From: Gammaproteobacteria bacterium
GTDB lineage: Bacteria > Pseudomonadota > Gammaproteobacteria > Natronospirales > REEB76
DNA length: 64,000 bases
Reading direction: 5' to 3'
Assembly: GCA_035279405.1 (NCBI GenBank)
Contig: DATEHU010000059.1
Span: 26,552 to 90,551 of the forward strand
Part shown: positions 1-9,106 of the stretch, in pieces
How positions within the stretch are numbered: the first letter of the stretch is position 1
How the letters are laid out: each line of letters opens with the position of its first letter
Notes under the pieces: model-generated
What the model was told of the DNA's origin: nothing
Databases searched by the model: none
Seen by the model: only the letters and a program-made list of their open reading frames with translations
Program-made: the position numbers and the translations under genes

Positions 1-992
1 GCACGCAGTTGTGCCTCCGCGGCGCGAATATCGGGCCGCTCGCGCACCAGCGTCGAAGGCAGGCTCACCGGCAAGGTCGCTGGCAGGTGCAGATCGCCCA
101 GCGCCAGCGCATGCAAGTCGCCGGACTCCGACGGGAATTCTCCGAGATACGTCGCGAGCAGGTGCCGCGCCGCGTCGCGCGCCTGTTCAAGCTGCGACAG
201 GCGCGCTTCGCTCGCGGCGAGCTGGCTATCCTGGGTAAGCACATCGAACTGCGACGCCGCGCCCAGGCGGTACTGGGTGCGTGCGAGATCCAGAATCTGG
301 CGTTGATCGCTGATGGTCTGTTCGGTGGCCGCGACTTCTTCATTGAGCGCCGCCAGATCCAGCGCGGTATTCACCACGTTGCCTTCGATGGTCAGACGCG
401 CCGCCGCGAGTTGATCGCGGGCCACATCCACCTGCGCCTGCTCACCGCGCGTCACCAAGCGGTTCAGCCCGAATACATCCGGGTAATAGCTGACGGACAC
501 CTGACCGGTATAAAGGTTGTACAGCTGGGAGCCGGCGGCGCCGCCGCTGGCGGCGCCTGATGTCCGGGTGCGCTCGCCGGCCAAGCCCAGCGACACTTGT
601 GGATAGAACACGCCCTGGGCGGCCTTGAGGTTGTATCGAGCTTGTTCCAGCGTTGCCTGCGCAGCGGCCAGATCAGGGTTGTGCCGGAGCGCCTGCGCCA
701 CGAGCTGATCGAGATCGGATGAGCCAAAATCTTTCCACCACTCCGCATCGACCGCGCCGCCGTATTCGAGGTGCTGGCCACCCGCCACCGCACCGGATGC
801 CGCCGCAGCCGGCGCAAGCGTGGTGGCAACCGGCGTGGCGGTGTAAGCCTTGGTCGCAGGCGGCGGCGGTGACCTGTAGGTCGGACCAACCGCACATCCC
901 GTCAACGCCAGCACCAGCACGGCACCCAGCATTCTGCGTGCCGCACGCGCGACACGTACGCCGCAAACCGCACACAGGAACCGGTTTTTCAT
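1..992 (-). CDS. Efflux outer-membrane factor lipoprotein, NodT family (3' end lies left of the window)
   Basis: Absent from the ORF track because its stop is outside the window. Hand translation from ATG 992-990 gives MKNRFLCAVCGVRVARAARRMLGAVLVLALTGCAVGPTYRSPPPP (lipobox LTGC). The frame stays open to the window edge, ending ...LPSTLVRERPDIRAAEAQLR, a typical NodT/OprM-family motif. Confidence 0.85.
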   Translation of the reverse strand, partial: MKNRFLCAVCGVRVARAARRMLGAVLVLALTGCAVGPTYRSPPPPATKAYTATPVATTLAPAAAASGAVAGGQHLEYGGAVDAEWWKDFGSSDLDQLVAQALRHNPDLAAAQATLEQARYNLKAAQGVFYPQVSLGLAGERTRTSGAASGGAAGSQLYNLYTGQVSVSYYPDVFGLNRLVTRGEQAQVDVARDQLAAARLTIEGNVVNTALDLAALNEEVAATEQTISDQRQILDLARTQYRLGAASQFDVLTQDSQLAASEARLSQLEQARDAARHLLATYLGEFPSESGDLHALALGDLHLPATLPVSLPSTLVRERPDIRAAEAQLR

Positions 993-1041
993 TTTTTGGC
1001 TAGTGTCCGGAAAAATCGCGCACCCACGCGCCATCGCCGAT

Positions 1042-1653
1042 TCAGGGCGCGCAGGCACGCATGATCAGGGATACGGCATTGCTGATGTATTGCTCGCGGG
1101 TTTCCGCATTGGGTATCGGTTCTACCCCGAGTTCGGAACGCAGACGGCAACTGGTGACCATGCTGATGAACTGTTCGGCCGTGACCTGGGGATTGTCCAC
1201 CTTGAGCGTGCCACGCCGGTTTTGTTCCCTGAAATAGTCGGCGAGGAACTGGCGGATGACCGCCGGGCCGGATTGATAGAAGCTGCGGCCCAGCTCCGGA
1301 AAACGCGACACTTCCGCCATGAGTATGCGATGCAACGCGAGCTTGTCCTCGTCAAACACCATATCCATGAACCGCCGTGCAATGGAGCGCAGGGTTTTCT
1401 CCGGGTTCCCGTCTTTTGCCGCTTCAGCGAAGGCCAGGGTCATGGTGTCGCAGGTCTCGCGCACCATGGCGGCAAACAGCTCCTCCTTGGAGCCGAAATG
1501 GTTGTACACCGTCTGCTTGGATACTTTGGCCGCGTCGGCGATGGCATCCATGCTGGCCGCGCCAAAGCCCACCTCCAGAAACAGCTTTCTCGCAGCTTCC
1601 AGAATCGTTTCCCGTTTGCCGGGGTTATCGGCTGCCGCAGTCATGCCCATCAC
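1042..1653 (-). CDS. TetR/AcrR family transcriptional regulator
   Basis: 203-aa ORF. N-terminal HTH KRETILEAARKLFLEVGFGAASMDAIADAAKVSKQTVYNHFGSKEELF is a textbook TetR_N domain. It sits inside an efflux locus. Confidence 0.9.
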   Translation of the reverse strand: MMGMTAAADNPGKRETILEAARKLFLEVGFGAASMDAIADAAKVSKQTVYNHFGSKEELFAAMVRETCDTMTLAFAEAAKDGNPEKTLRSIARRFMDMVFDEDKLALHRILMAEVSRFPELGRSFYQSGPAVIRQFLADYFREQNRRGTLKVDNPQVTAEQFISMVTSCRLRSELGVEPIPNAETREQYISNAVSLIMRACAP

Positions 1654-1659
1654 TCCCGG

Positions 1660-3009
1660 TCAGCCGCGCGGCTGGCCATTGTTCAGCTCCTGCAGATTCA
1701 AGGCATTGGCGGTCAGCTTGCCGGTCGCCGCCTGCAGGGCATAGGCGGCCACCAGCTGGTCGCGTTGCGCACGAATCTGATCCACGCGCGCATTCAGCAA
1801 CTCCTGATCGGCATTCAGCACATCAATGGTGGTGCGCTCGCCTACGGCCTGCTCATCGCGCACGCCACGCGCAGCGATCTCCTCGGCTTGCACCTGGCTT
1901 TGGATCGCGGTCAGCCGGGCGTTGGCGGTCTGGTACGCCTGCCAGGCATTGATCGCCTCAAGCTGCGCCTGACGCTGTGCGTCAACGAGATCGTCCCGGC
2001 TGGCTTGGGCGCGTTGTTCGGCGGCGTGCTTTTGTGCGCTCAGTGCGCCGCCGGAATAAATGGGTACCGACAGCGTGAGCATGATGGAGCGGGTGTCTAT
2101 GCGGCTGAAACCGATTTGCGGATCGCGGGCTTCGAGCAACTGGCCAGTGAGCGCGATTTGCGGGCGCTGTTGGCCAGCCGCCGCCTGTACCTGCTGGTCG
2201 GCGGCGTTCTGGGCAAAGCGCGCCGCCAGCACGGAAAAGTTCTGCGCGGAAAGTTGCACCGCTTGGGTCTCGCTTTCGGGGAGTGGTACCGGCAACGGCG
2301 GCTGCTCGAGTCCCTGTGGTTCGATGCCCACCACGCGCAGATACGCGGCGCGCGATTCGGTCAGCGAACCCCGCGCCTGGATGAGCGCGGCCTGCGCGCC
2401 TGCCACACGCGCCTCGGCCTGCGCGACATCGGTGTGCGTGACCTCGCCATTCTGGAATTCCGCCTGTGCGGCCTGCAGTTGCTGGTTGAGGACCACGAGA
2501 TTGTTCTGATCAAGCTTGACGACCGCCTGATCGCGCAGCACGCCGCTGTAGGACTGCACGACCTGCATGAAGACCTGCTCTTCGGTGGCGCTCAGTTTCG
2601 CCTGCTGCGCGGACTGCGCTGCGCTCGCGGCGTTTACCTGCGCTGAAGTCTGCCCGCCGGTGTAAAGCGGTTGCGTGATAACCAGTCCGGCGGTGCGGGT
2701 GTTCTGCGGGTAGGTGCTGATCGGGAAAAACGGCGATGCCAAATCGGTATGGGCGGTGCCGACACCCGCCTCGAAATTGATCTGTGGCTTGTACCCGGCC
2801 TGGGCCGACTCCACGCCGAATCCCGCGGCACGCAGCTCGGCCTCGCCGGCCCGGATGGAAGCATTGCTGGCGTAAGCCTGGGCAAACGCCTGGCGCAACG
2901 TGCCGGCCAATGCGGATGGCATGAGTATCATGCTGGCCAATAGCACGGCGGCGGCATTCCATCTCAGCAAAGCGCGGGTCGGCCCTCTCTGACAGCTCAG
3001 GTTTGACAT
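1660..3009 (-). CDS. TolC family outer-membrane efflux protein
   Basis: 449-aa ORF with a signal peptide (AAVLLASMILMPSALAG). The two-repeat OEP architecture is present (LRQAFAQAYASNASIRAGEAELRAAGFGVESAQAGYKPQI...). It is 6 nt upstream of tetR on the same strand. Confidence 0.85.
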   Translation of the reverse strand: MSNLSCQRGPTRALLRWNAAAVLLASMILMPSALAGTLRQAFAQAYASNASIRAGEAELRAAGFGVESAQAGYKPQINFEAGVGTAHTDLASPFFPISTYPQNTRTAGLVITQPLYTGGQTSAQVNAASAAQSAQQAKLSATEEQVFMQVVQSYSGVLRDQAVVKLDQNNLVVLNQQLQAAQAEFQNGEVTHTDVAQAEARVAGAQAALIQARGSLTESRAAYLRVVGIEPQGLEQPPLPVPLPESETQAVQLSAQNFSVLAARFAQNAADQQVQAAAGQQRPQIALTGQLLEARDPQIGFSRIDTRSIMLTLSVPIYSGGALSAQKHAAEQRAQASRDDLVDAQRQAQLEAINAWQAYQTANARLTAIQSQVQAEEIAARGVRDEQAVGERTTIDVLNADQELLNARVDQIRAQRDQLVAAYALQAATGKLTANALNLQELNNGQPRG

Positions 3010-3028
3010 GAAATTCTCAAGTAATTAG

Positions 3029-3043
3029 ACTAGACCGTCCAGT
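3029..3043. promoter_or_regulatory. Candidate operator palindrome in the divergent tolC / MFP promoter region
   Basis: ACTAGAC-C-GTCCAGT (6 of 7 half-site positions complementary) lies in the 70-bp gap between divergently transcribed efflux operons next to a TetR gene. No binding data. Confidence 0.2.
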
Positions 3044-3079
3044 CCATTCTGCCAGCCTCCACCCGGGAAGTCAAAACAC

Positions 3080-4147
3080 ATGGTCAATTTCAAGAATCTT
3101 TTGGGCAATTCGCGCCTGCGCCGCCTGCTGCTCATGGTGGCGCTGCCGGTGATCATTATTCTTCTCGGCCTCTGGTACTGGGCACACACCTCACGTTACG
3201 TAAGCACGGACAACGCCTATGTGTACGCCAACCAGGTCAGCGTCACGCCACAGGTTTCGGGGCGCGTGATAACGGTGCCCGTGGTCCAGAACGAGGCCGT
3301 CATCCCCGGCCAAGTGCTGATCGAGATAGACCCGGCGCCGTTCAAGCTGGCGCTGGACGGCGACAATGCAAAACTGAAAACCGTGGGCGATCAGATCCGC
3401 GCCCAGACCCAGGCGCTGCGCGCCGCGCAAGCCGAACTGCAGGGTGCGCAAGCCAACGTCGCATTCCTGCAGCGCGAGGTGCAGCGCAAGACCAACCTCG
3501 CCAAAAGAGATGTGGTGCCTGCCGCGCAACTGGATGATATCAAGACCAATCTGACGATGGCGGAACAGAAAGCCGTGGCGGTCAAGGCACAGATTGCCCA
3601 GATCGAAGCCAACCTCGGCGGCAATGCAAGCCAGCCGATCACGCAACAGCCTGCTTACCAGCAGGCACTCGCAACGCGCGATAAGGCCGCGCTGGAACTT
3701 TCCTATACCACCATCAAGGCGGCCGCCGCGGGCGTGGTCACACAGGTCAGCGTCAAGCCCGGCGACGTGGTCACCGCGGGGCGCCCGGTGTTCGCGCTGG
3801 TCATGAGCGGCGACCGCTGGGTGGATGCCAACTTCAAAGAAACGCAGTTGACTCACGTGAAGGTCGGCGACCGCGCGGACATCAGCGTGGACACTTACCC
3901 GCACCACGAATGGCAAGGCACGGTGGTGAGCATCTCACCGGGCACCGGCTCGGTGTTTTCGGTGCTGCCACCGCAGAATGCCACCGGCAACTGGGTGAAA
4001 GTGGTACAGCGCATCCCGGTGCGCATTCTGATCGATACTCGTGCGGACGGTCCGGACCTGCGCGCCGGTATGAGCGCGGAAGTCACCATTGACACGCACT
4101 ACAGCCTGTTCGGTGGCGCGCCCAAAGCCGGGATGGCACGCAATTAG
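3080..4147 (+). CDS. HlyD/EmrA-family membrane fusion (periplasmic adaptor) protein
   Basis: 355-aa ORF with a single N-terminal TM (LLLMVALPVIIILLGLWYW), a long coiled-coil middle and a C-terminal beta-barrel region (NWVKVVQRIPVRI). It lies upstream of DHA2 pumps. Confidence 0.88.
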   Translation: MVNFKNLLGNSRLRRLLLMVALPVIIILLGLWYWAHTSRYVSTDNAYVYANQVSVTPQVSGRVITVPVVQNEAVIPGQVLIEIDPAPFKLALDGDNAKLKTVGDQIRAQTQALRAAQAELQGAQANVAFLQREVQRKTNLAKRDVVPAAQLDDIKTNLTMAEQKAVAVKAQIAQIEANLGGNASQPITQQPAYQQALATRDKAALELSYTTIKAAAAGVVTQVSVKPGDVVTAGRPVFALVMSGDRWVDANFKETQLTHVKVGDRADISVDTYPHHEWQGTVVSISPGTGSVFSVLPPQNATGNWVKVVQRIPVRILIDTRADGPDLRAGMSAEVTIDTHYSLFGGAPKAGMARN

Positions 4148-4178
4148 TGAGCGCGCGCCGCACCTGCGCGGGCACCCA

Positions 4179-5006
4179 ATGAGCCCCACTGCAATCCGCC
4201 TGATGCTTGCCGATGTCGACGGTACGCTGGTCACGAGCACGAAGGCTCTGACTCCGCGCGCCATCGCCGCGGTGCGCGCGCTGCGCAAGGCCGGGATCCT
4301 CTTCAGCGTCACCAGCGGACGGCCGCCGCGTGGCATGGCGATGCTCATCAAGCCCCTGCAACTGGACATGCCCATCGCGGCGTTCAACGGTGGCGCCCTC
4401 GTGGCGCCCGACATGACGGTGATTGAACGGCGCGTAGTCCCCGAACATCTGGTCCGGCCCATCGTCGAACTCATGAGTGGATTCAAGCTCGACATCTGGA
4501 TATACCAGGGCACCGATTGGTTCGTGCGCAACGCAGACGGGCCACACGTGGCGCGTGAAGCCGCGACCGTGCAATTCCAGCCCAAGGTCATGCACGACAT
4601 TGACCGGCTGACCGACGACGTGTTGAAAATCGTCGGCGTCAGCGATGATCATGACGCGGTGGCACGCGCGGCCGCTGACGCGCACGACCGCTTCGGCGAT
4701 CATGTGGCCGCGTCCGCGTCCCAGCCCTATTACCTCGACGTGACCCATCCCGACGCCAACAAGGGCGCGGTGGCAAAGTACCTTGCAGCCCGCTACCAGC
4801 TTTCCGTTGACGAAATTGCCACCATTGGCGACATGCCCAATGACGTACTGATGTTCGCGCATTCGGGACTTTCCATCGCGATGGGCAACGCCGACCCGCA
4901 GGTGAAGCGTGCCGCGCGGCGCATCACCGCGGACAACAACCACGACGGTTTCGCCGAGGCCGTGGAGCGCTTCGTGCTTGGGCGCGCTTCCCCCGCCAAG
5001 ACCTGA
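4179..5006 (+). CDS. Cof-type HAD-IIB family hydrolase/phosphatase
   Basis: HAD motifs are present: LADVDGTLV (I), VTSGRP (II), GDMPNDVLMF (IV). Start moved to ATG 4179 (MSPTAIRLMLADVDGT), because the track ORF start 4089 overlaps the MFP gene. Confidence 0.85.
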   Translation: MSPTAIRLMLADVDGTLVTSTKALTPRAIAAVRALRKAGILFSVTSGRPPRGMAMLIKPLQLDMPIAAFNGGALVAPDMTVIERRVVPEHLVRPIVELMSGFKLDIWIYQGTDWFVRNADGPHVAREAATVQFQPKVMHDIDRLTDDVLKIVGVSDDHDAVARAAADAHDRFGDHVAASASQPYYLDVTHPDANKGAVAKYLAARYQLSVDEIATIGDMPNDVLMFAHSGLSIAMGNADPQVKRAARRITADNNHDGFAEAVERFVLGRASPAKT

Positions 5007-5010
5007 AGTC

Positions 5011-6561
5011 ATGAATCTCAGTCTGCCCGGCTCCGCAAGCGGCAAGCCGCACACCGCGATGATCACGCTCGCGGTGATGCTCGGCACCTTCATGCAGGTG
5101 CTCGACACCACCATCGCCAACGTGGCGCTGCCCAACATGCAGGGCAGCCTGAACGCCACTCAAGACCAGATTGCCTGGGTGCTGACCTCCTATATAGTGG
5201 GTTCGGCCATCATGACGCCGCCCACCGGCTGGCTCGCCGGCCGCTTTGGCCGGAAGCGCGTTTATCTGATTAGCATGCTCGGATTCATGGCGGCGTCGTT
5301 TCTGTGCGGCACCGCGACCACGCTCACGGAAATGGTGCTGCTGCGTACCCTCCAAGGCCTGTTCGGCGCCGCCATGGTGCCGATCTCGCAGGCCATCCTG
5401 CTCGACACCTGGCCGCGCGAAAAACACACCCAGGCCATGGCGATTTTCGGCGTGGGTGTGGTGCTGGGACCGGTCATCGGCCCGGTGCTGGGCGCGTATC
5501 TCACTGAATACTATTCCTGGCGCTGGGTGTTCTTCATCAACATTCCCGTCGGCATCGTGGCGGTACTTATGACACTCGCCTACGTGCGAGAAACCGCGAT
5601 CAACAAAATCCGCACTTTTGATGCGTGGGGTTTCCTGTTCATGAGCGTCGCCATCGGCGCGCTGCAACTGATGCTGGACCGCGGCGAGCGCCAGGATTGG
5701 TTCAATGCAGCCAGTACCCTCATTGAGCTGGCGTTGGTACTCATTGGCCTGTGGTTGTTCTTCGTGTACACCTACAGAAAAAAGAACTCCTACATAGACT
5801 TGAGCCTGTTCAAGGACCGGAATTTCGTGCTCAACAACGTGCTGGGATTCCTGCTGTTCCTGTGCATGTACGCCATCATGGCGCTTATTCCCCCGTTCGT
5901 GCAGAACCTGCTGGACTATCCGGTCATCATCGCCGGATTGGTGCTCATGCCGCGCGGCGTCGGTACCATGATTTCATTCGTGCTGGTGGGCAAGTTCTCG
6001 AACAAATTCAGCCCGCGTGTGGTCATGCTCACGGGTCTGGTGATCCTGGCGTTCTCGCTTTACGAGATGTACCACTTCAACACCCAGGTGGATACCTGGT
6101 TCATCACCTGGACCAGTTTCGTGCAGGGCATCGGCATCGGCCTGGTGATGGTGCCGATGTTCACCGCGGCGTTTGCCACGCTGCCGGCCGCGCAGCGCAC
6201 CGAGGGCACTGGTGTGTTCAACCTGATCCGCAACATCGGCGGGAGTTTCGGCATTTCCATCGCCTTTACGCTGCTGTCGCGCAGCACCCAGATCAGCCAT
6301 CAGGTGCTTGCTACCCACATCACGCCCTACAGTCAGGCTCTGCAGCTCTCGCCGCTGAGCGCCAGCATGAGCCTGCACAACACCCGTGACCTGGCCATGC
6401 TTAACGGCGTGGTCACGCGCCAGGCCGCCATGATCGGTTTCAACAACGACTTCATGCTGATGATGATCGTGAGCCTCGCCGCCATTCCGCTGGTGCTGCT
6501 GATGCGTCCGCCCAAACCAGTGCCGGGCGGGGCGCCGCATCACCCGGTAGTGGCCGACTGA
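5011..6561 (+). CDS. DHA2-family MFS efflux permease (EmrB/QacA-like), copy 1
   Basis: Start moved to ATG 5011 (MNLSLPGSASGKPHTAMITLAVMLGTFMQVLDTTIANVALPNMQGSL). Multi-TM profile and EmrB-type motifs (GRFGRKR, LQGLFGAAMVP). Confidence 0.9.
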   Translation: MNLSLPGSASGKPHTAMITLAVMLGTFMQVLDTTIANVALPNMQGSLNATQDQIAWVLTSYIVGSAIMTPPTGWLAGRFGRKRVYLISMLGFMAASFLCGTATTLTEMVLLRTLQGLFGAAMVPISQAILLDTWPREKHTQAMAIFGVGVVLGPVIGPVLGAYLTEYYSWRWVFFINIPVGIVAVLMTLAYVRETAINKIRTFDAWGFLFMSVAIGALQLMLDRGERQDWFNAASTLIELALVLIGLWLFFVYTYRKKNSYIDLSLFKDRNFVLNNVLGFLLFLCMYAIMALIPPFVQNLLDYPVIIAGLVLMPRGVGTMISFVLVGKFSNKFSPRVVMLTGLVILAFSLYEMYHFNTQVDTWFITWTSFVQGIGIGLVMVPMFTAAFATLPAAQRTEGTGVFNLIRNIGGSFGISIAFTLLSRSTQISHQVLATHITPYSQALQLSPLSASMSLHNTRDLAMLNGVVTRQAAMIGFNNDFMLMMIVSLAAIPLVLLMRPPKPVPGGAPHHPVVAD

Positions 6562-6571
6562 GCGGGTTCAC

Positions 6572-8173
6572 GTGATATTCCGCGCCGCCGCCAACAAGAC
6601 CCATACCGGCATGATCACCCTCGCGGTGATGCTCGGCACCCTGCTGCAGGTGCTGGACACCACCATCGTCAACGTGTCGCTGCCGGAGATGCAGGGCTCG
6701 CTGTCCGCGGATCAGGACCAGATTTCCTGGGTGCTCACGTCCTACATCATCGGCGCGGCCATCATGACGCCGCCCACCGGCTGGCTCGCCGGCCGCTTCG
6801 GCCGCCGCCGCGTGTTTCTGGTGAGCATGATCGGATTCTTGTGTGCCTCGTTTCTGTGCGGCACGGCCACCTCGCTCGCCGAAATCGTGGTGTTGCGCGT
6901 GATCCAGGGCCTGTTCGGCGCCGCCATGGTGCCGATTTCGCAGGCCATCATGCTGGACACCTGGCCGCGCGAAAAACACGGCATGGCCATGGCGATATTC
7001 GGCATCGGCCTGATGCTCGGCCCGATCATCGGGCCGGTGCTCGGCGCCTACCTCACCGAGGATTATTCCTGGCGCTGGGTGTTCTTCATCAACATCCCGA
7101 TCGGCGCGCTGGCCATCCTGCTCACGCTCACCTATGTGAAGAAGACCGCCATCAATCTTGCGCGCAAATTCGATGGCTGGGGCTTCCTGTTCCTGAGCGT
7201 CGCCATCGGTGCGCTGCAGATGATGCTCGACCGCGGTGAACAGAAAGACTGGTTCACCTCCGCGGAAATCCTCATCGAGTTCGGACTGGTGGTCATCGGC
7301 ACGTGGCTGTTCTTCACCCACAGCTACAAGAGGGACCACCCCTACATTGACCTGACCCTGTTCCGTGACCGCAACTACGTAGTCGGCAACATAATCGGTT
7401 TCATCGTGTTCGTGACGCTGTTTTCCACGCTGTCGCTGCTGCCGCAGCTCATGCAGGAGGTGCTGGCTTACCCCGTGATTCTCACCGGCTTGATCCTCGC
7501 ACCCCGCGGCATCGGCACCATGATTTCCATGATGGTCGTCGGCCGCATGTCAACCAAAATCGATCCGCGCTTCAATATGGCCGCCGGCATCGTCATCATG
7601 GCGCTGGGCACGTATTTCATGAGCGGATTCGACACCCAGATCGGGATCTGGCCGCTCGTGTGGACAGGCTTCTTGCAGGGCGTCGGCATGGGCCAGGTGT
7701 TCGTGCCGCTCACCACCGTGATGTTCTCCACGTTGCCGCCTCAGCAGCGCACCGAGGGCACCGGGGTTTACAACCTGATCCGCAACATCGGCGGCAGCTT
7801 GGGGATTTCCATCGGATTCACTCTTCTGGCCCGTTACATTCAGGTCAACCATGCGGTCATCGGCGGCCACATTACCCCCTACAGTCAGGCGCTGCAGGCG
7901 CTCCCGGCCCAGATGAATCTCGGCAGTGCGCACAGCCTTGCCGCCCTCAACGACATCATCAATCAGCAGGCCGCCATGATCAGTTTCAACAACGATTTTC
8001 TGCTCATGAGCGTGCTTTCCGTCATTGCCCTGCCGCTGGTATTTCTGATGAAGCGGCCGATTTATTCCAAGCCCCCGGGTGGCCCGGGAGCGGCAGCCGA
8101 CAGCACCGCTCCCGCGCGTGCGCCGCTGCCCGGGCGTGAAAACGTACCGGCCACCGCGAATGTTAGCGATTAG
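6572..8173 (+). CDS. DHA2-family MFS efflux permease (EmrB/QacA-like), copy 2 (tandem paralog)
   Basis: 533-aa ORF with a GTG start, 10 nt after copy 1. It is collinear with copy 1 over nearly the full length, with long identical runs such as IMTPPTGWLAGRFGR, LQGLFGAAMVPISQAI and SWRWVFFINIP. Confidence 0.9.
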   Translation: MIFRAAANKTHTGMITLAVMLGTLLQVLDTTIVNVSLPEMQGSLSADQDQISWVLTSYIIGAAIMTPPTGWLAGRFGRRRVFLVSMIGFLCASFLCGTATSLAEIVVLRVIQGLFGAAMVPISQAIMLDTWPREKHGMAMAIFGIGLMLGPIIGPVLGAYLTEDYSWRWVFFINIPIGALAILLTLTYVKKTAINLARKFDGWGFLFLSVAIGALQMMLDRGEQKDWFTSAEILIEFGLVVIGTWLFFTHSYKRDHPYIDLTLFRDRNYVVGNIIGFIVFVTLFSTLSLLPQLMQEVLAYPVILTGLILAPRGIGTMISMMVVGRMSTKIDPRFNMAAGIVIMALGTYFMSGFDTQIGIWPLVWTGFLQGVGMGQVFVPLTTVMFSTLPPQQRTEGTGVYNLIRNIGGSLGISIGFTLLARYIQVNHAVIGGHITPYSQALQALPAQMNLGSAHSLAALNDIINQQAAMISFNNDFLLMSVLSVIALPLVFLMKRPIYSKPPGGPGAAADSTAPARAPLPGRENVPATANVSD

Positions 8174-8258
8174 CTTGCACACGGCGACCAGAAAATCCGG
8201 CAGACCGCAACCGCGAACTTATATGCCAATGGAATAGCGGTGTACGCGCGTGCCGGTT

Positions 8259-8972
8259 TCAGCGGCCGTTATCATCTCCCGGACCGCGCGGTGCCTTCAG
8301 GGCCGGATGACGTGCCGAGGGCAGATGCCAGCCGTAGCGAATCGCCATGAAGCGCAGCGCGAAACACAGGAGTCCGCCGATCACCGCTGGCCCTAGCGGA
8401 TGCAGGCCCAGCAGATGGCCCGCTACCACCACGACGGCACCGGCCAGCGCCGCGAGCGCATAGAGATCGGCGCGCAGCACGGCGGGAATTTCATTGACCA
8501 ACACATCACGCAGCATGCCGCCGCCGATACCAGTCAGCATGCCAAGCAGCGCCGCCATCACCGGATTGAGCTGAAACATCAGGGCTTTCTCCGTACCGGC
8601 GACCGCGAAAAACGCCAGACCCACGGCATCGAACCACAACACCGGGTTATTCAGGCGCGCAATCAGCGGATACCAGAAATACACTACAAAACCGGCGAGG
8701 ATGGATACGCCGAGGTAACTCCAGTTGGCAATGGCTGCCGGTGGCACGGCGCCGATCAGGAGATCGCGGGTGATGCCGCCGGCGTTGCCCGCGGCGAACG
8801 CCAACACCATGACGCCGAAAATATCCAGCCGGTGCTTGACCGCGGCCGCCGCACCGCTGATGGCAAACACGAACGTGCCGCCCAGGTCCAGTACTGTCAA
8901 CAGAATGTGAATCACGGGTACCCCTGTCAAATAACCGGCGAACTGCGAAAGCGTGCGGCTTGTTATTGTCAT
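8259..8972 (-). CDS. Trimeric intracellular cation channel family / UPF0126 (YadS-like) membrane protein
   Basis: 237-aa ORF with two internal UPF0126 repeats (FAISGAAAAVKHRLDIFGV...GGITRDLL and FAVAGTEKAL...GGGMLRDVL). Confidence 0.8.
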   Translation of the reverse strand: MTITSRTLSQFAGYLTGVPVIHILLTVLDLGGTFVFAISGAAAAVKHRLDIFGVMVLAFAAGNAGGITRDLLIGAVPPAAIANWSYLGVSILAGFVVYFWYPLIARLNNPVLWFDAVGLAFFAVAGTEKALMFQLNPVMAALLGMLTGIGGGMLRDVLVNEIPAVLRADLYALAALAGAVVVVAGHLLGLHPLGPAVIGGLLCFALRFMAIRYGWHLPSARHPALKAPRGPGDDNGR

Positions 8973-9106
8973 TCCCGCGACAGCAGGAATTCAGTGATTC
9001 AAGACCTGGACCCCTGCCTCCGCGGGGTGACAGATAAATCCCCCCTTCATAGTACCCAAATTCCAAATCCTGCGGACTTGAACCCGTCGCCGCCAAGTCC
9101 CACAGT

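Noticed and set aside
1003-2646. 547-aa plus-strand ORF, and similar very long ORFs at 14349-16022, 17567-19096, 23419-25311, 30597-32288, 36603-38066, 42365-43414, 43679-44701, 47210-48790, 53059-54306, 58317-59870 and 59777-60949
   Set aside because: They lie antisense to genes with clear family signatures (TolC, Kup, Der/BamB, RlmN, SecF/SecD, QueA, GlgP, GH57, GH15, Pgi, Tal). Their translations are Arg/Ala/Gly/His-rich low-complexity strings typical of shadow ORFs in GC-rich DNA.
4909-5010. N-terminal extension of the first DHA2 pump overlapping the HAD gene
   Set aside because: It overlaps the HAD C-terminus in another frame. The ATG at 5011 aligns with the start of the paralogous second pump.
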